NCBI GenBank assembly: GCA_903889425.1
Contig: CAISXI010000325.1
Coordinates: 1-44,211 of the forward strand
Length of the DNA stretch: 44,211 nucleotides
Reading direction: 5' to 3'
Source of the DNA: an uncultured Roseiflexaceae bacterium
GTDB lineage: Bacteria; Chloroflexota; Chloroflexia; Chloroflexales; Roseiflexaceae
The notes beneath the pieces are model-generated. The model searched no databases. It saw nothing but the letters and a program-made list of their open reading frames with translations, and was not told the DNA's origin. A program made the translations under genes and the position numbers. Each line of letters starts with the position of its first letter. Position 1 is the first letter of the stretch. Below are positions 1 to 9,526 of the stretch, piece after piece.

Positions 1-1749
1 ATTATTGCGCCGCATGACATGCGCACGATAACTCGGTACCGCCCAACAATCAGTGATAATCTGGTCACAGGACGCCAGGTCAGCGCCTGTTTCAAAGAGG
101 GGCACGATGTCGATACCGGCATTGGGCAAGTCGGTTACGCCGGCTTCACGGGCCAACAACAACACCGTCAGCACATCAGACGCACCACGTGTCATGCTGA
201 CAATCACGGTTTGGATGGTGCCGGGGGATAATTGCTCGTTGAGGGTGGTAATAGTCCGGAAGGTGTCGATGATTTCGTTGGTGGCTTCGCTGTAGGGTAA
301 GCGCGCCGGGATTAAGGGGCGTTGGGCGTGTAATTCGTGACTCAGTAATGCAGTCCGGGTGGATTCATCACAGGCCAAAAAGTCGGCGTGGACTCCGGCA
401 TGTGCCAAGATTTCGGCCATGGCACTACTATGGCGTTCGCTATGCTGACGGATGTCGAGCGAGGCAAAGCTCAAGCCAAATACATCGACTTGGCGCATCA
501 GGTCATGGAGCGAACCATTGGCAACGGCGGCACCCGCATTGGCCACGAGGGAATCGTACATGACCTGCAGGTCGTGGCGTAAGGCGCTGACATCGGGGTA
601 GATGTCAGCCCGCACTGGCGTCAAATTGAGCGGCCAAGTCGGTTGCACGGTTTGGGTGACGTGGAGCGTCTGGCGCAAGCGTTCGGCAATCAACAAGCAT
701 TTGCGCCGGTAGGGTTCGTGCGGGTAACGGTTCACCAATTCTTGGGCAATAACGGGGAATAATTGTGCGTCGTGTACGAGTGATGCGAGCAATTCGGGTG
801 ACACGGTGATTTGGCGATTAGATTGGCTCATCCGTCGGCTAATCCGTTCGAATTCTCCAATATAAAACTCGATGGCGGCACTCCGCATCAAGCGCACGGC
901 AGCGATGGTGGTTTCGGGGCGCACAAACGGGTTACCGTCACGGTCGCCACCCATCCACGAGCCAAACTTCAACAATGAGGGGACGCGCCACTGTTGGTCG
1001 GGGTAGGCACTTGCGAGGGCGTACTCGAGGTCGCGGTAGAGGGTGGGGATGAGGCGGACAATGCTTTGTTCGAAGTAATACAAGCCGTTTTTGACTTCGT
1101 CAATTACCGTAGGACGCACGACCCGCACATCGTCACTTTGCCACAACCCGACGATTTCTTCTTGGACTTGCGCAAGTACTTGGGGGTCATCACTCAACGA
1201 AAAATCATGGCCGAGGGGGTCAAGGAGATTGGCTAGACGGCGTAGTTTATCGAGTGTGGTGCGCCGGCGGGCTTCGGTAGGATGGGCGGTAAAGACGGGG
1301 CGGATACAGGCTTGCGCCAGCCATTCATGGACCTGTGTCGCAGTCGCCCCTTGGGTGGCCACGCTGTGAATGGACTCGGCAACAGATTCGCTCCGCAGAT
1401 GATGAGCACGCCGCATTTGGCGCGCCCGTTCAGCAAGCACCCAGATGCGTTGCAATTGTTCTGACAAATTGACCAGCGCAAAATACGTACTGAATGATTT
1501 CACGAGTGTATTGAGCCCATTGACGTCAAGCCCGGCAATGTGTTTTTGTAATTCACGGGTGCGGGCTGGCGACGGATGAGCACGCAGCTCTTTGCTCAAA
1601 CGGCGGACCAATTCTTCACTGGCAAAGGCATCGGGACCTGCTTGGGTTTTGATTACATCACCCAACAAATCACCCAAAAAATGAATTACCGCCGATAGGC
1701 GATCCCGCCCACCGCGGTCGTGTGACTGGGGCATATTGGGACGCTCCAT
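1..1749 (-). CDS. ppc: phosphoenolpyruvate carboxylase, N-terminal 583 codons (3' end lies beyond the window start)
   Basis: Absent from the ORF track because no stop falls in the window. My minus-strand translation from ATG 1749 reads MERPNMPQSHDRGGRDRLSAVIHFLGDLLGDVIK... and stays open to position 1. It carries PEPC signatures VFTAHPTE (about 1270-1295) and GSWMGGDRDGNPF (about 925-965). ATG at 1734 is an alternative start. Confidence 0.9.
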   Translation of the reverse strand, partial: MERPNMPQSHDRGGRDRLSAVIHFLGDLLGDVIKTQAGPDAFASEELVRRLSKELRAHPSPARTRELQKHIAGLDVNGLNTLVKSFSTYFALVNLSEQLQRIWVLAERARQMRRAHHLRSESVAESIHSVATQGATATQVHEWLAQACIRPVFTAHPTEARRRTTLDKLRRLANLLDPLGHDFSLSDDPQVLAQVQEEIVGLWQSDDVRVVRPTVIDEVKNGLYYFEQSIVRLIPTLYRDLEYALASAYPDQQWRVPSLLKFGSWMGGDRDGNPFVRPETTIAAVRLMRSAAIEFYIGEFERISRRMSQSNRQITVSPELLASLVHDAQLFPVIAQELVNRYPHEPYRRKCLLIAERLRQTLHVTQTVQPTWPLNLTPVRADIYPDVSALRHDLQVMYDSLVANAGAAVANGSLHDLMRQVDVFGLSFASLDIRQHSERHSSAMAEILAHAGVHADFLACDESTRTALLSHELHAQRPLIPARLPYSEATNEIIDTFRTITTLNEQLSPGTIQTVIVSMTRGASDVLTVLLLAREAGVTDLPNAGIDIVPLFETGADLASCDQIITDCWAVPSYRAHVMRRNN

Positions 1750-2116
1750 AACATAGATTTATTTGTCTGAATTATAGCATATACAACCCAAAAATTACGC
1801 TGGCGATGCCATACATTGTCAATAAAACAATACCTACGCCTATCTATGTCGGGTGTTGATGATTTGGCGGTACATTGATACACCCAAGCACCAAAATCAT
1901 ACAATTATGCGGTGGGGTTCGTCGGTTTTGCATTTTTTGCACACCGTCACTCATTCAGCGCATACGTTAAATAGGCAATCCCACTGCGAGCGATTTCCTT
2001 GATTTGGTTGGAACAATACAAACATATCCATGTATTTTTCTTGTTGTTTGATGAACAGTACCCGCAAATTAACATACCGATATCATTGACGTACCATCTC
2101 AATTTTTTGTGATAAA

Positions 2117-2125
2117 TGCTATACT
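2117..2125 (+). promoter_or_regulatory. putative extended -10 promoter element (TGcTATACT) for the SBP operon
   Basis: The sequence tgctatact lies 45 nt upstream of ATG 2170 in an AT-rich intergenic region. No convincing -35 was seen. Confidence 0.35.
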
Positions 2126-2169
2126 AGATACAAATTCAATTTAGTATTTCGTACAGAAAGTAGCGATGT

Positions 2170-4992
2170 ATGCGTCGTCATTTCACACCACTATGGTACT
2201 GGTTCACAATAATTACACTGCTTGTGTCATGTGGCAACAGTAGCGGCAATACGTTGCCTACTATCCCCGCCGGCGAAAATCCCACTGACACCAGCGTAAA
2301 CGGGACACCAACGAGTAGCGATGCCGTCACCATTACCTATGCGTCATGGGACTACGAACGCGATACCTATGTTAATCTCGCCAAAAAATTCAACGAAACC
2401 TACCCCAACATCAACATCGTGATTGTTTCGCTCGATGACGTAACCCAATTACCGCCAGACAAAACAGGTAATTATCCGCCTGATTCAACCATCAGCATGT
2501 TGCGCCGCATCGCAAGCATTGCAGATACTGCCCCAGCCTCATGGGTCACGCAAGAATCCATTGGCACGCCCTTGGTACTCGATATAAAGCCCTATATGGA
2601 TGCCGACACCGGGTTTGATCGTACTGATTATTACCCCGGTATCCTCGAACGTTATACCCAAAACGACAGCATGTATACACTGCCACGCAGTATCAGCATC
2701 CAGTCGCTCTCCTATAACCAAGATATATTTAGCGCCGAAAACATCCCAACTCCAGCCCAAAGTTGGCAATATAGTGACTTATTGGCTACCGCTGAAAAAC
2801 TCACCAAAAAAGAAAACAATACGATTACCCGCTATGGTTGGTACGACAATGGGAGTAATTATGTCTTGCTTTATTTACTCGAAGAAGCAGGCGTTGACAT
2901 CATGTCAATGAAACCAAACGAACTCAAAGCCAATGATTCACGCATCATCGACGCATTCAAAAAATACGCAGATCTGGTTAATCGCGGCGTTGTCTATGCC
3001 CAGCCAATGTATGCCATGGCCGATGCAGGCATGGCTGATAGCAAACTGGCCGGCCCCGGCAATCCTTCCGACCCCACTCAAATGGTACGGGACGGCAAAA
3101 TCGCCATCTGGAACGAAGGAGTTCTTTTTACGGGCGACCCGACGAGTCCTGCCCCTGCATTTACCGTAGGTCATGCCGTACAGCCCTTTACCGCCGCGAG
3201 TGATCTTAACCTTGGCAGTGAAGGCTACATGATTAGTGGTGGCACAAAAAATCCCGCTGAAGCATGGACATTTATCGAATGGTTGTCACGCCAAGCCGTC
3301 ACAACGATGAGTGGCCCAGTCTATCCCGGCTACCTCAATGCCCGCAAATCATTGGATGCCCAACAAATCGCCAGTGAATCTGATGACAAACAACGGCAAT
3401 CTAACTATGAATACACCTTAGCGAATTTGCCAGTGCTTACAAACTACCCCAACCAAGACTATACGGTAGCCTACAGCATACTCGGTAGCACCTCCATGTT
3501 ATTTGAAAATCCCCCCAAAACAGCTGAAGAAGTATTGGCTGCAACGGTGCAAAATATAGCAGACAATTATATTAATGCGAATTCACCATACATGACACCA
3601 AGTCCGACCCCCGATATCCGCCCGATTGTGGTTGCAACACCCGAAGCCCAAGTTGCCAGCGCGGATCAAACCACGATATCATTTGCTTCATATGGGTCGT
3701 CGCTCACTGATATGCGCCGCGCCCTCAAAAACTTCAAAACCCAAGAGCCAGGAATTTTCGTCAAACTCATCCAAACCGACAATATCACTACGTCCATGAC
3801 CATTAGTGAGGCCGCCAAACGGAGTGATTGTTTCTTGTGGAATCAAGGCATACCGGTGGCGGATCAAGATATCGCCACACTCGCCGACATGCAACCGCTC
3901 CTTGATGCGGATCCAAACATCAAAGTGAGTGAAGTCCCCCAAGCGTTACTTGATATTTATCGCAATAATGGACGATTAATTGGCTTCCCGCACAACTACA
4001 ATACCCGTGGCCTGGTGTATCAACCAACGCTCTTTAGTACCGTGGGTCTCACGCCACCAACGGCAGAGTGGACCCCCGATGACTTCCTCAAAGCGGCCAA
4101 AGCACTGACCGCCAACGGCGTATTTGGCTATTCCAACATGGGCAACTACACCGGTGATTTATCATTTTGGGTCAATCGTTTTGGCGGATCATTAGTACAA
4201 GGCACCGGCAAAGATGTCCGGGCCAATTACAACGACCCCAATACCATCAAAGGTATCGAATGGTGGCTTAAACTTGCCAGCGAACACCGGGTAATGCCCA
4301 AACCGGCGTTTGATTATCGCCGTGATGTGAGCAATACCAGCGCTGATCTAAGCTGGGAATTGCAATCGCAGGGGAAAATCGCCATGTGGCTAGATACCAG
4401 CCTTGGGTCATATGACCCAGCGACTGCACCAACCGACCCTGCATACAAGCCACTATTTTTGGCGGCAATGGCACCACCACCGCTTGGCACGATCGGCTTG
4501 CTCTCTAGTGACATGACCATGTTCGGGTATCACATCTCGGCCACGGCGGCCGACCCACAAGGCTGTGTACGGCTCATCGACTACATGAGTCAGCAAGCAA
4601 ATGTCAACGCCTACGGCAATATCCCGGCACGCACCACCCTAGCCCGCGATACCTTGTTCGAAGAACAAAACCAGTATGTATTGCCATTACGCGACGCATT
4701 GGAACCACTCATGCAAAAGCCACTCAAAGTAACCACCGATAGCAATTCACAATACATGGTAGAGCAATACTGGTTAGTTGAGGCCCTTGATACCGTTTTG
4801 AACAAAAAAGCTGATTTAACAGGCGCCCTCGCCAAAGCCCAAACTGCCACCAATGCCTACCTCGATTGTGCCGCCAAAATCATCCCCAATACGCCTGCAG
4901 GCAAAGGTGACACCAATGCGACCTGTGCCAAGAAGGCCGATCCAAGTTACATGGGATATATGACCGATGAAGCCATGCCTGCAACACGGTAA
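2170..4992 (+). CDS. extracellular solute-binding lipoprotein with two tandem binding-protein modules (940 aa)
   Basis: ORF track. N-terminal signal with lipobox LLVSC. Two consecutive modules open with similar strands: VTITYASWDYERDTYVNLAKKFNETYPNINI and TTISFASYGSSLTDMRRALKNFKTQEPGIFV. Family-1-like ABC substrate-binding character judged by eye. Confidence 0.75.
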   Translation: MRRHFTPLWYWFTIITLLVSCGNSSGNTLPTIPAGENPTDTSVNGTPTSSDAVTITYASWDYERDTYVNLAKKFNETYPNINIVIVSLDDVTQLPPDKTGNYPPDSTISMLRRIASIADTAPASWVTQESIGTPLVLDIKPYMDADTGFDRTDYYPGILERYTQNDSMYTLPRSISIQSLSYNQDIFSAENIPTPAQSWQYSDLLATAEKLTKKENNTITRYGWYDNGSNYVLLYLLEEAGVDIMSMKPNELKANDSRIIDAFKKYADLVNRGVVYAQPMYAMADAGMADSKLAGPGNPSDPTQMVRDGKIAIWNEGVLFTGDPTSPAPAFTVGHAVQPFTAASDLNLGSEGYMISGGTKNPAEAWTFIEWLSRQAVTTMSGPVYPGYLNARKSLDAQQIASESDDKQRQSNYEYTLANLPVLTNYPNQDYTVAYSILGSTSMLFENPPKTAEEVLAATVQNIADNYINANSPYMTPSPTPDIRPIVVATPEAQVASADQTTISFASYGSSLTDMRRALKNFKTQEPGIFVKLIQTDNITTSMTISEAAKRSDCFLWNQGIPVADQDIATLADMQPLLDADPNIKVSEVPQALLDIYRNNGRLIGFPHNYNTRGLVYQPTLFSTVGLTPPTAEWTPDDFLKAAKALTANGVFGYSNMGNYTGDLSFWVNRFGGSLVQGTGKDVRANYNDPNTIKGIEWWLKLASEHRVMPKPAFDYRRDVSNTSADLSWELQSQGKIAMWLDTSLGSYDPATAPTDPAYKPLFLAAMAPPPLGTIGLLSSDMTMFGYHISATAADPQGCVRLIDYMSQQANVNAYGNIPARTTLARDTLFEEQNQYVLPLRDALEPLMQKPLKVTTDSNSQYMVEQYWLVEALDTVLNKKADLTGALAKAQTATNAYLDCAAKIIPNTPAGKGDTNATCAKKADPSYMGYMTDEAMPATR

Positions 4993-5001
4993 TAGGATTG
5001 T

Positions 5002-6607
5002 GATGAAATTGACTTTTCTTTCCAAATTATTGTTGGGGTGTGGCGTTGCACTATGTGTGAGTGCCTGTAGCGGCGGGCAGCCGGCGATCCAGGCCACCCC
5101 CACCCCTTTACCCGAAGACCCTGGGTTAACCGAGCTCACCTACACCGTAGACCAAGGCGTCATCGAACGCGTCATCGAAGAAACCGCCCGGGTCGTCCCG
5201 GTACAATCCAATACCCTCAGCTTTGGACGTGACGGCGTCGTGAGCAAAATCTACGTTGCCAGCGGCGATGCAGTTACAAGCGGGCAACTCCTCGCAGAAC
5301 TAAAGCAAGACGAAGTCGATGACGAATTGCGCAAAGCCAGCGATGATTTGGATGCCGCCAATCTCGCCTATACGACTGCAGTCAAACTCAATACCAAGCT
5401 CATCGATTCCAAACGCAAAGCCGTCACCAACGCCCGTGATGCACTCAATTTGTTGTTGCCAGGGGGTGACAACGATGTTATCAACGCAGCCCAAAAAGCC
5501 CTCGACGAAAAACAACGCGCAGTACGCACAACTGACGAAGATACCGCCACCGCCGCCGATGATGCGACCTATGCAATTACCACCGCGACCAATTCCTTGA
5601 TCGACACCCAATTTTCCTATAGCAAAGCCTATTGGAACCTCGATTGGGTGAATCGCTATGGCACCGACCCTGCCAATCCGTTTATTCTTGTGAATGGTAA
5701 ATACATCCCCAATGTGCTTGATGCCGAAGGACGTTACAACTACGAAAAAGCCTTTTTAGGCGCCACTGATGCCTTACGGAGTGCCGAAAAAGCAGTCCAA
5801 GCCGCCCAACGCACCGCCCAACGCACCAAAGAAGAGCGCCAAATCAAACTAGATGATGCCAATGCGGACTTCACCAAAGCCCAAAAAGATCGTGATAAAT
5901 TGCTGGCAGGAAGCGATAATGCTGATCTGCGTGATGCCCGAACCACGCTCGAAATCGCCGAAGCCGAACTCGCAAGCGCCATGGCAGACACCTTGAGTAG
6001 CGAAAAGAAAACCGTCGATGCGGCCAAACGAGCCTTTGACAAAGCCCAAAAAGCCGTTGCCGATGGGCAAATTATTGCCACCCAAGCAGGTACCATTGCG
6101 TCAATGGCGATTTTTGAAGGCACCAGTGTAACGGCATTTATACCCTCAATTGAAGTCGCTGATCCCACCCAGGTTGAGTTTTCGGCATCACTTAGTCCAG
6201 ACAACATGAAACTACTCAGCGAAGGACAAGCAGTCGAAATTCGTCCAGTGACGCGACCTGACTTGGTGCTATCTGCGGTTATCCGCCGCTTACCCGCACC
6301 GTACGGCCAAAACGGCGGGGCGCTCGGTGACCCCGACCAAACTACTCGCTTCACCGTAATCGACAACAAAGGCTTTGTATTGGTGGCAGGGGATACTGTC
6401 GCCAAGGTTACCATCATCCTCGAACGCCACGAAAACGTCTTGTGGTTGCCACCTGAAGCAATCCGCACCTTTGGCGAACGTACCTTTGTCATACTCCGTG
6501 AAGCAGACCAAGACCGGCGTGTAACCATCGTTACGGGCATTCGCAGTGACCAACAAGTCGAAATCCTCAAGGGGTTGCAACTTGCTGATATTGTGGTTGG
6601 GCAATAA
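5002..6607 (+). CDS. HlyD/membrane-fusion-protein-type periplasmic adaptor lipoprotein with a very long coiled-coil insert
   Basis: Signal and lipobox MKLTFLSKLLLGCGVALCVSAC. Split lipoyl-like halves (GVVSKIYVASGDAVTSGQLLAEL ... GQIIATQAGTIASM) flank an A/K/D/E-rich helical region of about 250 aa. C-terminal beta-domain-like VLWLPPEAIRTFGERTFVIL...VEILKGLQLADIVV. ATG 5002 is preferred over the in-frame ATG 4967, which overlaps the upstream gene. Confidence 0.75.
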
Positions 6608-6609
6608 CC

Positions 6610-9384
6610 ATGAATGCACGTTGGCACGCCGTCCGGTTATTGTTGACTGCCACTTGGCGCCGGACAATCCACGCGCCAGCGGCCACGGTGGCGCTCTTGG
6701 TGGCACTTACATTACCGCTCACCCTCGGGTTATTGGTCCCGAGTTATGCCGATGCCGCTGGGTTGCGCATTCTCAATGATCAACTTGCAAATCAAGCCCG
6801 CCAAACCCAACGCCCCGCCATGTCACTGCTCTTTCGCCATGTCCGCGGCAGCAAAGCCGCGCCATGGCGGACGATTTTGGCTGCTGATAATTTGGTCGCC
6901 CAAAACGCCGCCCAATTCTTAGGCATACCGCTCCAGCGCATTACCCGCCACATTCGCACGATTCCGTTGCAAATCATGCTCGTTGACGGTCAATCCGACG
7001 GTATTACGCTCGGAAATGCCGCAATTGCCACACTCATCGGCGTCGAAGATCACATGCGTGTGGTGGGTGGCCGGCTACCCAAACCAACGACCAACCAAAC
7101 CGAAGCCATGATTTCACTCAATAACGCCAATGCACTTGGCCTCAATGTGGGCGACACGATTGTCGCAAGCACTGCAAACGGCAAACAAAGCATACCCATC
7201 ATCATCGTTGGCTTATGGAAAGTGCTAGACCCCACCAGTCCCGATTGGTTGTATGACCCGAGTACACTTGACTCATTGATATTGGTCGATGCACAGAGCA
7301 TGCAAACCCAAGTCAGTGCGGCATTCCCCGATGCCGTCGCCCAAGCTGCCTGGTATTTGCAACCTGCAGCGCTGGCACTTGGACCCGGCGATATCGGCAC
7401 ATTCGAAGCACGCATTCGCACCCTGGCCCAAGAACTAGCCAAAGTCCCCGCCAAACTCGAACGAAGCCCTCTCGAAAGCTTCCACACAGCCCAAACCACC
7501 ATCACCGCCCTCACCATTCGCACCGGAGCCGTAGCTGCGCCGATTGCGTTGCTGGCGTTGTTTTTTGTGGTGCAACTCGCCACCATCAACTACGAGCGTC
7601 GCCGTGACGAATACGCCTTGCTCCGTAGTCGTGGTGTATCAGTGCTCTGGATGGCCGGGGTAAGTATGATTGAATGGCTGTGTTATGTCACATTAACAGC
7701 CATCATTGCGATTCCGAGTGCTATTTTTGCCACCCAAATCATGTTGCGCACCCAGTCGTTTTTGCAAATCACCACCATAGCCACACCACTCAGTGGGCTC
7801 CCAAGTAATGCGTTTGTTGGTTTCGCGGCCATTGCCTTGATTATTATCGGCTTGGGAATTCGCCCCGTAATCATGTCTGGGCGCAACACCCTCAGTACCA
7901 GTGGCAAAAGCCGTCGCAGTGACCAGCTCCGCTCTGTCGCCCGCCTCTTAATCGAAGTCTTGGTTGTGGCAGCAGTCGGTTATGGCTATTATCAATTGCA
8001 ATCGCAACAATCGCGCGAAGGGGATTTGTTTTCGAACCCACTCACCCTTGCGTTACCCGTGATTACCACGCTCGGAATCGCACTCATCGCCAATCGCATC
8101 ATCCCCTTACTGCTGGTTTTGGCAGAAAAAATCAGCCGGCGCGGTGACAACATTGCGCCAATTCTGGCGCTCCAGAGCCTCGCACGCCGTCCAGAGCGCC
8201 TACAAACCACCATCCTCTTACTCACGCTGACGCTCGGAGTCGGTGGTTATGTGGCGTCAATGGCAGCTACCGTCGACAAAGCCAGCCTCGATGGCTTGCG
8301 CTATCGCATCGCTACTGACACCCAATTCATCGAAACTGCGGCCTCACGCACGACGGCCAGTACTAGCGGCGAACGCTATTTACTCACGCCACTCGGTGCT
8401 CACAAAAAAATCCCCGGTATCCTCGATTATGCCCCGGTGGGAATTTATGCTGCCCGTATCAATCTCGGTGGCAAACAAATCGATACCAACTTGATTGGGG
8501 TAGACAGACGACGCTTCCCAGCAGTAGTGCCCTACTTCCAAGATGAATGGTTGGGCAACAATAACGCCCTCGGTATCTTGATGAATCAACTCGCCCGCAC
8601 GCGTGATGGGGTCATCATTAGCCAAAACATCGCCGGCACCAGTGCCATCGGTGACCGAATTGCAGTTACCTTGGTGGTCGACGATATCGAACAAGAAACG
8701 CGCATGCGGATTGTAGGCATCGTCACCGGTTGGCCCGGCCAATATGCCGACGACCATCCCTTTGTGGTAACGAATCTATCGTTTATTAGCGACGAAATCG
8801 GCTTCATGCCCCCCAGCGATGTGTGGGTGCGACGTGACATCACCGTGTCACTCGACGATCTCTATGCGGCTGCCCGCTCTGCCGCCATCCCCGTACTCGA
8901 CATCATCGACCTTGAAGTGGCCCGCTTACAAGAATTTACCCGCCCCGAACGCCAAGGGCTGTTTGGGATGTTGAGTGTGGGCTTCGTGGCAGCCACCGGG
9001 TTGAGCATCATGGCTATTTTTGTGAGTGCCCTGGCGACCCTCAGACAACGCTCAATCGAGTTAGGGATGCTCCAAGCGATGGGTATGCCGATGCAAAGTG
9101 CCCGGAGTGTCATTATCATCGAACAAAGCATTGTGACTGGCAGTGGCATCATTTGTGGTTTGATTGCGGCAATCGGCACTGCCCGTACTATTTTGCCGTA
9201 TATCAAAGCAGGCGTCGCCCCTCACCCCGACGTCCCTAGCAATCAGCCGCTCACTGCATGGGGGACATTGTCGGTGATGGTACTGATCTACGCAGTCGCC
9301 TTAGCAGGCACCGCACTACTCGCATTCAACACCGTACAACGCCTGCGTATCGCTGATGCGGTCAAGCTCGGTGACGAAAACTAG
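6610..9384 (+). CDS. ABC-transporter permease of the FtsX/MacB type with two FtsX modules (924 aa), no fused ATPase
   Basis: ORF track. N-terminal TM helix followed by a large extracytoplasmic region. Two hydrophobic bundles, the first followed and the second preceded by an FtsX-like motif (YERRRDEYALLRSRGVS and LRQRSIELGMLQAMGMP). The start lies 2 nt after the adaptor gene stop. Confidence 0.8.
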   Translation: MNARWHAVRLLLTATWRRTIHAPAATVALLVALTLPLTLGLLVPSYADAAGLRILNDQLANQARQTQRPAMSLLFRHVRGSKAAPWRTILAADNLVAQNAAQFLGIPLQRITRHIRTIPLQIMLVDGQSDGITLGNAAIATLIGVEDHMRVVGGRLPKPTTNQTEAMISLNNANALGLNVGDTIVASTANGKQSIPIIIVGLWKVLDPTSPDWLYDPSTLDSLILVDAQSMQTQVSAAFPDAVAQAAWYLQPAALALGPGDIGTFEARIRTLAQELAKVPAKLERSPLESFHTAQTTITALTIRTGAVAAPIALLALFFVVQLATINYERRRDEYALLRSRGVSVLWMAGVSMIEWLCYVTLTAIIAIPSAIFATQIMLRTQSFLQITTIATPLSGLPSNAFVGFAAIALIIIGLGIRPVIMSGRNTLSTSGKSRRSDQLRSVARLLIEVLVVAAVGYGYYQLQSQQSREGDLFSNPLTLALPVITTLGIALIANRIIPLLLVLAEKISRRGDNIAPILALQSLARRPERLQTTILLLTLTLGVGGYVASMAATVDKASLDGLRYRIATDTQFIETAASRTTASTSGERYLLTPLGAHKKIPGILDYAPVGIYAARINLGGKQIDTNLIGVDRRRFPAVVPYFQDEWLGNNNALGILMNQLARTRDGVIISQNIAGTSAIGDRIAVTLVVDDIEQETRMRIVGIVTGWPGQYADDHPFVVTNLSFISDEIGFMPPSDVWVRRDITVSLDDLYAAARSAAIPVLDIIDLEVARLQEFTRPERQGLFGMLSVGFVAATGLSIMAIFVSALATLRQRSIELGMLQAMGMPMQSARSVIIIEQSIVTGSGIICGLIAAIGTARTILPYIKAGVAPHPDVPSNQPLTAWGTLSVMVLIYAVALAGTALLAFNTVQRLRIADAVKLGDEN

Positions 9385-9474
9385 TCACATCAATCAACTC
9401 CCACAATACCACCCTGCATAACGACACGATACCCCGCAAATACCCGCTATTGAACACTGCAATTTATTGACATA

Positions 9475-9509
9475 GCAATCCCCCTGTATGATACATACAG
9501 GGGGATTGC
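9475..9509. terminator. bidirectional hairpin between convergent genes
   Basis: Perfect 16-bp stem gcaatccccctgtatg / catacagggggattgc with a 3-nt loop. It lies between the FtsX stop (9384) and the stop of the minus-strand gene (9527). There is no strong T-tract. Confidence 0.55.
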
Positions 9510-9526
9510 CGTGATGCACAACCAGC

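Noticed and set aside
1686-1904. 72-aa minus-strand ORF overlapping the ppc start region.
   Set aside because: It is in a different frame from the motif-supported ppc reading frame and extends into the AT-rich promoter region, with no support.
4967-5001. Upstream in-frame ATG for the adaptor gene.
   Set aside because: It overlaps the last 26 nt of the SBP gene and adds 12 non-signal-like residues before an otherwise canonical lipoprotein signal. This cannot be excluded without data.
5740-6627. 295-aa minus-strand ORF inside the adaptor gene. Similar long antisense ORFs occur at 7050-7589, 8380-8757, 23433-24122, 37724-38197, 38204-38764 and 40871-41416.
   Set aside because: These lie entirely within much longer, motif-supported genes on the other strand. 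Their composition is S/A/R/G-rich, with no recognisable motifs or start-site signals. They are typical shadow ORFs.
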